From contig JBCCHT010000024.1 of assembly GCA_039028615.1 (NCBI GenBank), forward strand, positions 144,014 to 208,013: 64,000 nt of DNA, given 5' to 3'. This document shows, piece by piece, positions 1 through 9,885 of this stretch (position 1 is the stretch's first letter; every line of letters begins with the position of its first letter). The position numbers and the translations under genes were made by a program. The DNA comes from Myxococcota bacterium (GTDB taxonomy: Bacteria > Myxococcota_A > Polyangia > Nannocystales > Nannocystaceae). The notes below the pieces were generated by a model. That model was not told where the DNA came from and searched no databases. It saw only the letters and a program-made list of their open reading frames with translations.

Positions 1-2
1 TG

Positions 3-413
3 GCCAACTACGTGGCGCGAGAGCACGCCGCTCGTCTCGATCCAGAGCAACCGGGGGCCGACCCACGCTGGATCTCGTACGCAGACCGGTCGGCGCACGA
101 ACTCATCGTGTCCGGCTCGAGCTACCCCGATCTACCCTCGTGGGGCGGTTTTTCGTCGCTCGAGCTCATGGTCCAAGCGGCGCGCGAAGGGCTGGGCATG
201 GCCATCTTGCCCACGTACGTCGGCGACCGGGACCTTGCGCTGTGTCGGGCCACTCGCGCCGACCCGCGGCATGCCGCGGACCTGTGGCTGTTGTGTCACC
301 CCGACTTGCGGGACAACGCTCGGCTCCGGGCCACGCGGGCGCGCGTAGCCGAGGCCCTCGGGGAGCACATGGCGTTGTTTCAGGGCCAGTGGTGCGCGGT
401 CGCACCGGGCTGA
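3..413 (+). CDS. LysR-family transcriptional regulator, C-terminal substrate-binding domain (5' end outside window)
   Basis: Frame is open from the window edge. ...MVQAAREGLGMAILPTYVG...DLWLLCHPDLRDNARLRA is a typical LysR substrate-domain C-terminus. Confidence 0.85.
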   Translation, partial: ANYVAREHAARLDPEQPGADPRWISYADRSAHELIVSGSSYPDLPSWGGFSSLELMVQAAREGLGMAILPTYVGDRDLALCRATRADPRHAADLWLLCHPDLRDNARLRATRARVAEALGEHMALFQGQWCAVAPG

Positions 414-430
414 CCCGAAAACGCACCGGG
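391..430 (+). promoter_or_regulatory. Putative LysR operator upstream of the methyltransferase gene
   Basis: Inverted repeat GGTGCG-cggt-CGCACC (391-406). CGCACCGGG occurs twice, 21 bp apart (401-409, 422-430). Confidence 0.4.
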
Positions 431-470
431 TCGCCGCGAATAAGCGGCGCTACGCTCGGTTGGAGCCCCC

Positions 471-1103
471 ATGACCACGGAAGCCGCCTTCTGGAACGAC
501 CAGGCCGAACGATACTCCCGCAAGCCGGTCGCCAATCCCGACGCCTTCGAGCGCAAGATCGAGATCACCACGTCCCGCATGCGCCCCGACCACGTGGTGC
601 TCGACGTGGGCTGCGGCACCGGTTCGCTGGCCCTGCGCCTGGCGCCCTCCGCTCGCGAGGTCCACGGCCTCGATGTCTCGAGCGAGATGCTGCGCATCGC
701 CACCGACAAGGCCCAGGCCGACGGTGTCGACAACGTCCACTTTCATTGCGGCCTGCTCGACGAGAGCTTCAGCGCCTTCGAAGACGAGAGCCTCGACGGC
801 ATCTGTGCCTACAGCATCTTGCACCTCGTGCCCGATCGCACGGCCGCGCTCGCCCAGATCCACCGCCTGCTGAAACCGGGCGGATTCTTTGTCTCATCCA
901 CCGTGTGCCTGCGGGAGATGTGGGTCCCGATCGCGCTCATCCTCCCGGTCATGCGTTGGATGGGCAAGGCGCCGCGGGTCTCGAACATCTCGCGGAAGAC
1001 CCTCCGTGAGGACATCGAACGCGCGGGCTTCGTCGACATCGCTCAGCCCGAGGTCGGGGCCGAGCGCCACGTCGCGTTCATGGTCGCGAGCAAGCCTGCG
1101 TGA
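471..1103 (+). CDS. Class I SAM-dependent methyltransferase
   Basis: Motif I VLDVGCGTG, GLDVSSEML, LHLV...LLKPGG. GGAG RBS upstream. Confidence 0.92.
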   Translation: MTTEAAFWNDQAERYSRKPVANPDAFERKIEITTSRMRPDHVVLDVGCGTGSLALRLAPSAREVHGLDVSSEMLRIATDKAQADGVDNVHFHCGLLDESFSAFEDESLDGICAYSILHLVPDRTAALAQIHRLLKPGGFFVSSTVCLREMWVPIALILPVMRWMGKAPRVSNISRKTLREDIERAGFVDIAQPEVGAERHVAFMVASKPA

Positions 1104-1115
1104 CCGCATCGGGCC

Positions 1116-1640
1116 TCAGGTCTCCAAGGCGCGGTCGAGCTCCGACCACCACTCAGAGACCACGCCGTCGCGGTGCGCCGCCGCCCGGAACGTGGCGTGC
1201 TCCTTGCGGTACATGGCCAGGAGCCCGCGATTGCCGTCGCGTCGACATCGACGCACGTTGGCTAGCCGATCGGCGACCTTGACCACCAGCGCTCGAGCGA
1301 GGGGCCCCGCCTCGACTCGCGCGAGTCGAGCATAGGTCGCGGCTTTCCGCTCCTTGCGGTTTCGCCCCGGCGAGTCGGTGAGCAGATCGACGCAGCCCAT
1401 CACCCCCTCGCCGAAGTGCTGGCCGACGTCGGCCAGCGTGACCTCGGTGTCTTCGACGACATCGTGCAAGTAGGCCATGATCACCAGCTCCGGGTCGTGC
1501 TCAGCCACCGTGCGTACGATCCCGGCGACCTCGTCGAGGTGAGCGACATAGGGCTCGTCGCCATAGCGCTGGTCGCCGTGCGCCTGGTCGGCGAAGGCTC
1601 GGGCCCGCTCGATCCCACCGGAGGTCTCGCTCATGGACAC
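1116..1640 (-). CDS. Stand-alone RelA/SpoT-type HD-domain protein (small alarmone hydrolase / Mesh1-like)
   Basis: AHGDQRY..EPYVAH, LHDVVEDT and VKVADRLAN motifs. No synthetase domain. Confidence 0.8.
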   Translation of the reverse strand: MSMSETSGGIERARAFADQAHGDQRYGDEPYVAHLDEVAGIVRTVAEHDPELVIMAYLHDVVEDTEVTLADVGQHFGEGVMGCVDLLTDSPGRNRKERKAATYARLARVEAGPLARALVVKVADRLANVRRCRRDGNRGLLAMYRKEHATFRAAAHRDGVVSEWWSELDRALET

Positions 1641-1661
1641 AGGCTACCGCCTGGCGCGGGA

Positions 1662-4553
1662 CTACGGGAGCGGGTGTTGCTCGAGCCAGGTCTCGACCTC
1701 GTGGAGCTCGGCTTCGTCGGCGGAGCCGGAGGCCAGTGCTTCGCGAGCAGCGGTGGCGAGTTCATGGGCGCGGGGACGGTCGTCCGGCGTACTCCACAGC
1801 GCTCGGGCCAACAGGAGGCGACTCGCGGCCAGGCGAGCCGGAGGTTCCTCGGCGGCGGTTCCGAGAGCGAGAGCCCGCTCGGCGTAGGCTCGAGCATCGC
1901 TCGGCGCGTCGGTCTCGAGGGCGAGCTGAGCGAGGTTTTGCAGCATCCCCACGAGGCGGGGATGCTCGGGGCCCAGCGCGCTCTCGCGGAGGCGCAGCGC
2001 TTCGAGGTACCGCGCCCGGGCCTCGTCGACTCGACCCTGTGCCCGCAGGGCGTCGCCGAGGCCGGCCACCGAGGACGAGGTGTCGGGGCGGTCTTCCTCG
2101 CGGACGTTGGCGAAGATCTCCAGCGCCCTTCGGTAGCGAGCCTCCGCCTGCTCGTGCTTGTTCTGGGCCTTCAGGGCGCTGGCCAGGTTGCTCACGCTCA
2201 TCGCCAGGCCGGGGTGATTTGGTCCCAGGGTTTGCTCGTCGATTTTCACCGCGCGTCGAAACAGATCCTCCGCGCCTTCGAAGTCGCCCTGGTGCCCGAG
2301 CACCGAGCCGAGGTTCGAGGCGTCGATGGCCACGTGGGGATGATCGGGGCCGAGCGTGCGCTCGAGGATCCCCAACGCGCGACGCAGCCAATCGGAGGCT
2401 TCGTCGAATTTCTGCTGGGCGAGCAGGGCGATGCCCACGTCGTTCATCGCCCGGCCGACCTCGGGGTGCTCGGAGCCCAGCTCCCGCTCGAGGAGCCCGT
2501 GGGCCTCGCGGAAGCGAGCCTCCGCGGTCTCGGCTTCCCCTTTGCGGTAGTAGATGTCGCCCTGGTACCCCACGGTGGAGGCCACGTCGGTGGTCTCGCC
2601 GACGCGTCGGGCCAGGGGCATGGCGGTGCGGCTCCACTGCAGGCCTTCGGCCGGGCGTCGCAAGTGCACCCCCACCACCAGGGCCAGGGCGGTCGCGGCG
2701 GTCAGCTCGACCCGCTCGTGGTCGTGGCTCGCCGCGAGGTCGTAGGCGCGGGCTAGATCTTCTTCGGCTTCGGTGTACCGCCCCGCGTCGCGCCGCAGCG
2801 TGCCGCGGATGCGCAGGGTCTCGGCGAGCAACGGGCCGTAGTCCAGGCCCTCGACCTCGGCGACGAGAGGGTCCATCGAGTCGAGGGCGCGGGTGAAGCT
2901 CCCCGCCCGCTGCATCGCTTCCAGCTCGGCGAACCGACCGCGAATCTCGTCGGCCATCCCGGCTACGGCAGGGTCTTCGGGCGGCGCGATTGCATCGCGC
3001 TGCGCGGCGAGCATGGTGAGGTCGTCGCAACGACCGAGCCGGGGCAGCCCGGTCACGAGGTTGACCGCGTTACGCACCACCGTACCGTCGGCGGTGGCGA
3101 GCACGTCCACGACCGCGCCCAGGGCCGTCAAGCGCTCCTGGAGGCAGGCGACGCGCAAGCTCCGGTCCGCTTCGCTCTGCTCCTGCTGGACGACGGTCGC
3201 CTCGCAGACCTCGGTGTACTTGTCCGCCCAGTCCCGGGCGTAGAGGTCGAGTCGCTCCCGCACGCGGGCGTTGGTGGTCGAGGCGAAGTGCTGCTCGGTG
3301 GAGGCGATGGCCGCGTCGATTCGCTGTCGCTGCTCGTCGTCCCAGATCCCGGAGAGCATCGCGCCCGCGCCCGTGCATCGCTCGCTTCGCTCCACGTAGG
3401 TCGTCGCTGCCTGCACCCCGGCGATGGTCAGCAGCCCCAGCACGACACCACCGACCAGGACTCGAGACCGTACCCGGGGGGCGATGGCGCGCCGCAGCTC
3501 GGTGAGCAGCGCGTCCATGCTCGGCCAGCGATCCTGCGGCGCCCGGGACAGCCCCCGCAGCAGGGCCTTGCGGATCGCGGGCGGGACCTTGGTGCCCTTG
3601 GGAGCCACCGGCGTCTCGCCTTGCATCAGCGGTACGACCATGGCCATCACCGAGTTGCCGGGGTAGGGACGTTCCCCGTACACGGCCTCCCACAGCGCGA
3701 CGCAGAAGCTGAACTGATCGCTGCGGGCGTCTGCCTCCTTGCCCTTGTATTGCTCGAGCGGCATGTAGCCCGGGGTGCCGAGCGTGGCTCCGGTACGGGT
3801 GAGATCGGACTGGAGCAGCGAGCTCGTCAGCTCGCCGAGCGACTTCAGCTCTTCGTCTTCGAGATCGATGCTCGGGCTCGAGGTGGGGTCTGCAACCTCC
3901 GACTGTCGGGCGAGCCCGAAGTCGAGCACGCGCACCCGGTCCCGGTCATCGATCATCGCGTTGTTGGGCTTGAAGTCCCGGTGGATCAGGCCCGCTTCAT
4001 GAGCGGCGGCCAAGCCCTCACCCGCCTGGATATAGACCTCGACGCACTGCCGCCACGAAGGGCGAGGTCGCTGGCCGATCCATGCCTTCAGCGTGCGGCC
4101 CTCGATGAGCTCCATCGCCACGAAGGTCTGGCCCTCGCGGGAGCCCACCTCGTAGACCTGCACCACGTTGGGGTGGGAGAGCTTGGCCATGGCCTGGGCC
4201 TCCCGCACCAAGCGGGCGGTCTGCTGCTCTCCGATCCCGCGGTGCAACACCTTGATCGCGACCCGTCGGTCGAGGTGCGGGTCGAACCCCTCGAACACGG
4301 TGCCCATCCCGCCGCGGCCCAAGGCGCCGCCGATGACGTAGTGCCCCAAGACCTTGGGCATGGGCGCGGCATACCCCTCGATGACGGAGGGGTCGTCGCG
4401 GGTCTGCGACGGAAGCTCGCCGTCCTCGGGCGCGCCGGTCTGGTCGCCCGCGAGGGTATCGACGTTCCCCGGGAGGAGGGATTGCGTCTGTTGCAAGTGC
4501 CCCGGCTCGGTATCGGCTTCGGGTGCGAGGCTATGCTCGTCGGCGTCACTCAT
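1662..4553 (-). CDS. Membrane Ser/Thr kinase with Cys-containing extracytoplasmic domain and TPR repeats
   Basis: GRGGMG, VAIK, HRDFKPNN, DFG. TM VLVGGVVLGLLTIAGV. LGPxHP-type TPR repeats. Start placed at MSDADE. Confidence 0.93.
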   Translation of the reverse strand: MSDADEHSLAPEADTEPGHLQQTQSLLPGNVDTLAGDQTGAPEDGELPSQTRDDPSVIEGYAAPMPKVLGHYVIGGALGRGGMGTVFEGFDPHLDRRVAIKVLHRGIGEQQTARLVREAQAMAKLSHPNVVQVYEVGSREGQTFVAMELIEGRTLKAWIGQRPRPSWRQCVEVYIQAGEGLAAAHEAGLIHRDFKPNNAMIDDRDRVRVLDFGLARQSEVADPTSSPSIDLEDEELKSLGELTSSLLQSDLTRTGATLGTPGYMPLEQYKGKEADARSDQFSFCVALWEAVYGERPYPGNSVMAMVVPLMQGETPVAPKGTKVPPAIRKALLRGLSRAPQDRWPSMDALLTELRRAIAPRVRSRVLVGGVVLGLLTIAGVQAATTYVERSERCTGAGAMLSGIWDDEQRQRIDAAIASTEQHFASTTNARVRERLDLYARDWADKYTEVCEATVVQQEQSEADRSLRVACLQERLTALGAVVDVLATADGTVVRNAVNLVTGLPRLGRCDDLTMLAAQRDAIAPPEDPAVAGMADEIRGRFAELEAMQRAGSFTRALDSMDPLVAEVEGLDYGPLLAETLRIRGTLRRDAGRYTEAEEDLARAYDLAASHDHERVELTAATALALVVGVHLRRPAEGLQWSRTAMPLARRVGETTDVASTVGYQGDIYYRKGEAETAEARFREAHGLLERELGSEHPEVGRAMNDVGIALLAQQKFDEASDWLRRALGILERTLGPDHPHVAIDASNLGSVLGHQGDFEGAEDLFRRAVKIDEQTLGPNHPGLAMSVSNLASALKAQNKHEQAEARYRRALEIFANVREEDRPDTSSSVAGLGDALRAQGRVDEARARYLEALRLRESALGPEHPRLVGMLQNLAQLALETDAPSDARAYAERALALGTAAEEPPARLAASRLLLARALWSTPDDRPRAHELATAAREALASGSADEAELHEVETWLEQHPLP

Positions 4554-4771
4554 GGCGATGACCGGGTGGGGAGGGGAGCCACCTCGCCAGTAAAGCAAGG
4601 CTCGTGACACCTGGATACACTCGTGATCTCAGGCGGCGCGATTCGGCTCTGAAGGGGTCCGAGTGGCTACTGTAGCCACTCGTGGAGCGGCGTGCGGGGT
4701 GAGCACGGCTGCATTTTTTTCCGGGCGAGCTCGTAACGATGTCGTGCGTGCGGGCAACAGGGGAGCGGAGC

Positions 4772-6523
4772 ATGAAAAACCGCCAACCGTGGAACCCGGA
4801 CATCGCCGTCCTCGCGTTGGGCCTCGCCTTATCCGGCGGGGCCGCGGGATGCAACGAAACTTCGGAGCCGGGGCCGACCGGTCCCGAGCCCGAGATGTTG
4901 GTCGCCGACCCCGCCCCGCTGACGCGGCTGACGGCGGAGCAATACAACAACACGGTCCGGGATCTCTTCGATCCGGTGCCGATCGGACACATCATCTTTC
5001 CCGTCGAGCTGGAAGGGCGTGGCGGATTCGAAAACAACGTCACGCTGAACACGGCGACGCCCGCGTTGGTGGAGACCTACCAGCGAGCGGCGCGGCAAGT
5101 CGCCGACGCCGTCCTGGAGGACCTGCCTGGCGCCTTGGGCTGTGATCCGAATGCGGGCACGTGTGCCCGTGACTGGCTCGTCGGTTTCGCCGAGCGAGCC
5201 TGGCGAAGGCCCCTGACCACGGCCGAGCAAGAGGTCCTGCTGCAGAACTTCGACACCTGGGCGACCGACCACGACGTCACGAGCGCGGTGACCCTGTCGA
5301 TCACCTTCCTGCTCCAGAGCCCCGACTTCATCTATGTGCCTCGCCTCGGCGCCGATGCTCCCGCGCCGGGCGAGGCCGCCATCCCGCTGACCGACTGGGA
5401 GCTGGCCGCCCGCCTGTCGTACTTCCTGTGGAACTCCACCCCCGACGCCGAGCTGATGGACCTGGCTCGCGAGGGCCGCCTGCGAGACCGGCAGGTCTTG
5501 GCCGACCAAGCGTTTCGCATGTTGGCCGACTGGCGGGCGGTCGACATGGTCGTCAGCTTTCACCGCCAGAACTGGGACTTCGACGATGTCGGTGCCAATC
5601 CCATCGACCTCGATTTCTACGGCCCGGTATTCGAAGAGCGCGGGATGACGGAAGAGGACGACAAGTCCGACTTCTACTACCTCGAGTACAGCCCGCAGGC
5701 GCGCTTCGAGTCGGACGTCTTCATCGCCCAGCACGTCTTTTACGGCGATTCCCGGCTCGAGACGCTGCTGACCACCAATCGGACCTGGGTCACGCAAAAC
5801 GTGGCCGAGATCGCCTACCAGCAACCTCTCGACACGGAGTCCGAGCCCGTCTCCTGGTCGGCCTTGATCCCGCAGGAAGGCAACGACCAGCTGCGGGCCT
5901 ACCAGCAGGAGTACTTCCCGATCGAGCTCGATCCCACGCAGCGCGCGGGCTTGTTCACGATGGTCGGCTTCCTCATCGCCAAGGCGGGGCCCAGCCAGCC
6001 CGCTCCCGTGCGCCGCGGCGTCACCATCATCGATCGGCTCCTGTGCACCGAGCTCCATCCGCCTGGTGACGTGCCGCCGCTGGAGGAGGCCGAGACCGAA
6101 GCGCCCCGCACCAACCGCGAGAAGTACGAGATTCACAAGCGCAGCGAGGCCTGTGCCGGCTGCCATGCGTCGATCGACGGTATCGGACTGACCTTCGAGA
6201 ACTACGACTCGATGGGGCGCTGGCGAGACACCGACAACGGCTTCCCCGTCGATGCGTCGGGCGAGCTGCTGTCGACCGACCAGGACGGTCCGGTGAGCAA
6301 CGCGGTCGAGCTGATGCGCAAGCTGGGCTCGAGCCGAACGGTGCACGACTGCTACACGCGGCAGTGGTTCCGCTACGCCTTCGGTCGCAACGAGACCATC
6401 GACGACGCTCCGACCGTCCTGGCCCTGCAAGAGGGGTTCTGGAACTCGGACGGCAACATCATCGAGCTGGTGGTCAACCTCGCCGGTTCCTACTCCTTCC
6501 GCCATCGCCGAGGTCAGCCATGA
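4772..6523 (+). CDS. DUF1592/DUF1588-family (PSD/PSCyt-type) monohaem c-type cytochrome lipoprotein
   Basis: Lipobox AAGC. RLTAEQYNNTVRDL, LLQSPDF, ELAARLSYFLW..PD, PVRRG, CAGCH haem motif, FENYD..GRWR. Confidence 0.9.
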   Translation: MKNRQPWNPDIAVLALGLALSGGAAGCNETSEPGPTGPEPEMLVADPAPLTRLTAEQYNNTVRDLFDPVPIGHIIFPVELEGRGGFENNVTLNTATPALVETYQRAARQVADAVLEDLPGALGCDPNAGTCARDWLVGFAERAWRRPLTTAEQEVLLQNFDTWATDHDVTSAVTLSITFLLQSPDFIYVPRLGADAPAPGEAAIPLTDWELAARLSYFLWNSTPDAELMDLAREGRLRDRQVLADQAFRMLADWRAVDMVVSFHRQNWDFDDVGANPIDLDFYGPVFEERGMTEEDDKSDFYYLEYSPQARFESDVFIAQHVFYGDSRLETLLTTNRTWVTQNVAEIAYQQPLDTESEPVSWSALIPQEGNDQLRAYQQEYFPIELDPTQRAGLFTMVGFLIAKAGPSQPAPVRRGVTIIDRLLCTELHPPGDVPPLEEAETEAPRTNREKYEIHKRSEACAGCHASIDGIGLTFENYDSMGRWRDTDNGFPVDASGELLSTDQDGPVSNAVELMRKLGSSRTVHDCYTRQWFRYAFGRNETIDDAPTVLALQEGFWNSDGNIIELVVNLAGSYSFRHRRGQP

Positions 6524-7923
6524 GCCGCTTCAATCGACGTCAGTTCCTCACCGGGTTGGGCCTGGCCACGGGTAGCCTGTTCTTGCCTTCGCTGCTGCCT
6601 CGGGCGCGCGGGGCCACTGGGGCCCCGCCCAAGCGGCTCATCGTGCTGGTGACGCAGCATGGGGCGTGGATGCCGACCTGGGCCATGAACCCGGCGGGCA
6701 ACCCCACGGACGCGGTCTGGGAGCAGGACCTCACCACGCTCTCGGAGTCCGACTTCAGCCGCTCCTTGGCTCCGCTGCACCCCTGGCGGGCACGGACCAT
6801 CGCCATCGAAGGCCTCTCGATGGTCTCGGGGGACATCGACCCGGCCGGCGTCCTGCGCCACGAGATCGGGCAGATCCACGTGCTGACCGGCAACGAGGTC
6901 GAGATGGTCTCGGGCCTCCCCGTCGGCCGGAGCCCCTCCATCGATCAGCTCATCGCCAATCACATCGCGTTGCCGGATCGGCTGCGCTCGGTCGAGCTTT
7001 CGGTAGGCGGCGTGGCCCCGGTGGTCAACTATCGCGACCGGCTCCAGCCCTTGCTCGGCGAGTCCCGGATGTCGGTGGCGCACGAGCGACTCTTCGGTCT
7101 GGTCAACGGTGCGTCCGGGGCCAATGCGGCCACGCTCGAGCAGGGCCGGGTGCTGTCGTTGGTCGAGGAGCGCTACCAGCTGCTCGCCAACCAGCTGTCG
7201 GCCGAGGACCAGCAGAAGGTCGGCGTCCATCGCGACTTGATCTCCGACCTGCAGAGCCAGATCGAAGGGCTGAAGAGTGCCTCGTGCGAGGTGCCCGAGC
7301 TCGGGTCCGTCGACAACTACGCAGGTGAGTGGACCGCCGCGGTCTCCATGCTCACCGCGGCCATGTCCTGCGATCTCGTGCGAGTGGCCACGGTCAACCT
7401 CAGCACGCTGCCCGGCGAGGCCATCGGCATCAACGGTGAGGACGTACACGATGCCTACGCTCACCAGCTCGCGTCGAGCCAGGAGGCGGTGGACGCGATG
7501 ACGAACTACACCGCCTACCACGCGGCGGAGGTGGCCGAGCTGCTCACCGCGCTGGATGCCATTCCCGAGGGCAACGGGACCATGCTGGACAACACGCTGG
7601 TGTTGTGGACCAGCGAGCTGGCCGACGGCATCCACAGCCTCGATCGCATGCCCAACATGCTCTTCGGCGGCCAGACCTGGAACATGGGTCGCTACCTTCA
7701 CTATCCGTCGGACACCCCCTACGAGGCCTGGGTGTGGGACGGCAACCGTCGCTCCTCCGCGGGCCGGCCGCACCAGAAGCTGCTGTCGAGCGTCATGCGG
7801 GCCTTCGACGTGCCCGATCCCGACACTGGAGAACAGTGGAGCGCCATGCCGATCCGCGAGCTGCGAGGAATGGGCGGGGCCACCATCGACTGCACTGGCG
7901 TCCTGGACGAGCTTTGGACCTGA
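6520..7923 (+). CDS. DUF1552-family protein, Tat-exported
   Basis: Tat motif NRRQFL. PKRLIV, SIDQLIA, CDLVRV, PEGNGTMLDNTLVLWTSE. ATGA overlap with the upstream gene. Confidence 0.9.
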   Translation: MSRFNRRQFLTGLGLATGSLFLPSLLPRARGATGAPPKRLIVLVTQHGAWMPTWAMNPAGNPTDAVWEQDLTTLSESDFSRSLAPLHPWRARTIAIEGLSMVSGDIDPAGVLRHEIGQIHVLTGNEVEMVSGLPVGRSPSIDQLIANHIALPDRLRSVELSVGGVAPVVNYRDRLQPLLGESRMSVAHERLFGLVNGASGANAATLEQGRVLSLVEERYQLLANQLSAEDQQKVGVHRDLISDLQSQIEGLKSASCEVPELGSVDNYAGEWTAAVSMLTAAMSCDLVRVATVNLSTLPGEAIGINGEDVHDAYAHQLASSQEAVDAMTNYTAYHAAEVAELLTALDAIPEGNGTMLDNTLVLWTSELADGIHSLDRMPNMLFGGQTWNMGRYLHYPSDTPYEAWVWDGNRRSSAGRPHQKLLSSVMRAFDVPDPDTGEQWSAMPIRELRGMGGATIDCTGVLDELWT

Positions 7924-7937
7924 GGGAGCACCTGCGC

Positions 7938-8537
7938 ATGAAGATCTCGATGATGTTCCCGACCCTCTTGGCCTGTACCGCGCTCGTGGGCTGTACGGAG
8001 CCCGGCTCCACCCCGGCCGCCAGCTTCGAGGGCGAGGGGTGGATCGACACCAGCCCGCCCGGCCCCCCGAGCCCCAAGCCGCCGATCGCTGGCGGTGAAG
8101 ACGAGGACGACGACGAAGGAGAAGGCGGCGTCGAAGCGTTCTGGACGATCTACGGGACCTACGCCAACGGCACCTACAGCGAAGTCGGGGGCGAGTTCTT
8201 CGCCGAAGACGCGCTGCAGGAGCTGTGTGGCCTGTCCTTTCCCGTCACCGTGGTCGAGACCCTGGACAGCTGCAGCGAGTGCACCGCGGCGTGGACCTTC
8301 GAGTTCGGGGAGGCTGAGCGCGAGATCGACAACGCGGGCGGCTGCAACACTTATGGCCCCTCCCAGGTCGCTGGCCTTCGCTTTTCATTGGGGATCACCT
8401 CCGACAACCTGCTCCTGCGCGATCGAGGCGATGGCTGGGAGGAGTTCGGCGAGTCCTTCGTCGAGGAGGGCGAGCTCATCCTGGAGTGGTTCGAGGGCGA
8501 AGAGGGCGAAGGGGGCGAAGACGAAGACGGGGAGTGA
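7938..8537 (+). CDS. Acidic Cys-containing lipoprotein, unknown function
   Basis: GGGAG RBS, lipobox LVGC, CSEC motif. Lies 14 nt after the DUF1552 stop. Confidence 0.75.
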   Translation: MKISMMFPTLLACTALVGCTEPGSTPAASFEGEGWIDTSPPGPPSPKPPIAGGEDEDDDEGEGGVEAFWTIYGTYANGTYSEVGGEFFAEDALQELCGLSFPVTVVETLDSCSECTAAWTFEFGEAEREIDNAGGCNTYGPSQVAGLRFSLGITSDNLLLRDRGDGWEEFGESFVEEGELILEWFEGEEGEGGEDEDGE

Positions 8538-8546
8538 GCCGCGCGC

Positions 8547-9866
8547 TCATGCATGGTAGGCGTCGAAGGGCACGATGCCCGGCATCCAGTCCTCGGAGTC
8601 GACGCCGACCAGCTGGAGGATGCCTGCCCCGAGGTGCTCGAAGCTCAGCACATCCCCGTGGTCGTCGACCTTCCCGGTGGCGAAGTCGACGGGCCGCGCG
8701 TCGAAGGTATCGTCGGTGGTGCCTCCGTAGGTTCCTCCGCCCGTCTTCACGCCGGCCCCCATCACGATGGCGCTGTTGATCGGCCAGTGGCTCTTGCCCG
8801 CCAGCTCGTTGCGCTTGGGAGTGCGGGTGAAATCGGAGGTGACCATCAAGACCGTTTGTTCCCATAGGCCTGCGGCATCGAGCTGCTCGGCCAGGTGCCC
8901 GAGCGTGTCGAACAGGCCCTCGAACGCCGCGTGCTGCTCGATGTTGTCCTGATGGGTATCGAAGGTCTCGCCGCCGCTGAGTAGGACCGACTGGCAGGCA
9001 TCGGCCGCGAGTAGCTCGGCGGTGAGGAGCGCGAGGTCGGCCGCGTCGGGGTGCTGCCCCAGCCGCAGGCTCTGCTGGAACTGCGGAGAAAACTCGATGA
9101 GTCGGGAGGCACGGTCTCGGGCTTCGTCCCAGTCGTCCATCATGGCGACATCGTGCTCGGTCGTGCCGCCCCGCGCGTTGCGGAGCGCAGCCCCGCGGGC
9201 GGCGAGATACTCCTCGTTGGCGTCGATGTCGTGGTCCGAGAGCAGGTACTGCGGGTAGGTGAAGCCGGCGTCGTCGGGCGCGGGATAGGCCCGCGTGCGG
9301 TCGACCAGCATGCGTAGCTGAGACTGGTAGCCGATGCGACCCGAGCTCGCGGCGAGGGGCCCGAAGATGCCCGAGCCGCCCGCGTCGACGTAGCCGAGGG
9401 GGAGCTGGGAGCCCAGGACCGAGCCCGTGATCGCGCCGACGTCGGGCCGAGCGTTGACCCGGCTCCCCGAGAGCATGCGCGCCCGAGCGACGCCGTGGGC
9501 GATCGCGTCGACTCGGATGCCGTTGATGATCGCCAGCCGGTCGTGCCAGCGCTCGAAGAACGCATCGACCGAAGGACGAACGACCGGGTTGCTGGCGATG
9601 GTGATGCCGCCGTAGGTCGCGAGCCCTTCGTCGTCGGGATAGTCGACCTCGGGCCCCTCGATCTGCGGCGCGCCGAGCTTCGGGTCCATGCAGAAGGTCA
9701 CGTCCCAGCCGCCCTGGGCCATGACGATGACGAGTTTCTTCGCGGGTTGGCCCCCGGAGACCCCCGGTCGGATTCGCGACGCGTGGGAGGAGGGGATGAG
9801 TCGTCCGCCCGCGGCGGCCAGGGTTGCCGCTACGCCACCGAGCAGAATGGAGCGTCGTTGGAGCAT
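8547..9866 (-). CDS. DUF1501-family protein, Tat-exported
   Basis: QRRSILL signal. GGWDVTFCMDP, FDTH, SDFTRTP..N...KSHW motifs. Confidence 0.85.
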   Translation of the reverse strand: MLQRRSILLGGVAATLAAAGGRLIPSSHASRIRPGVSGGQPAKKLVIVMAQGGWDVTFCMDPKLGAPQIEGPEVDYPDDEGLATYGGITIASNPVVRPSVDAFFERWHDRLAIINGIRVDAIAHGVARARMLSGSRVNARPDVGAITGSVLGSQLPLGYVDAGGSGIFGPLAASSGRIGYQSQLRMLVDRTRAYPAPDDAGFTYPQYLLSDHDIDANEEYLAARGAALRNARGGTTEHDVAMMDDWDEARDRASRLIEFSPQFQQSLRLGQHPDAADLALLTAELLAADACQSVLLSGGETFDTHQDNIEQHAAFEGLFDTLGHLAEQLDAAGLWEQTVLMVTSDFTRTPKRNELAGKSHWPINSAIVMGAGVKTGGGTYGGTTDDTFDARPVDFATGKVDDHGDVLSFEHLGAGILQLVGVDSEDWMPGIVPFDAYHA

Positions 9867-9885
9867 GAGTCGTGTCCTGGTGGGC

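Noticed and set aside
4700..4740. Shared ECF promoter motif across the kinase-divergent intergenic regions (for example GCAT..CGTAAC here and GTCATC..CGTCAA near 37720)
   Set aside because: Spacing and sequence were inconsistent between regions by eye. It needs motif discovery.
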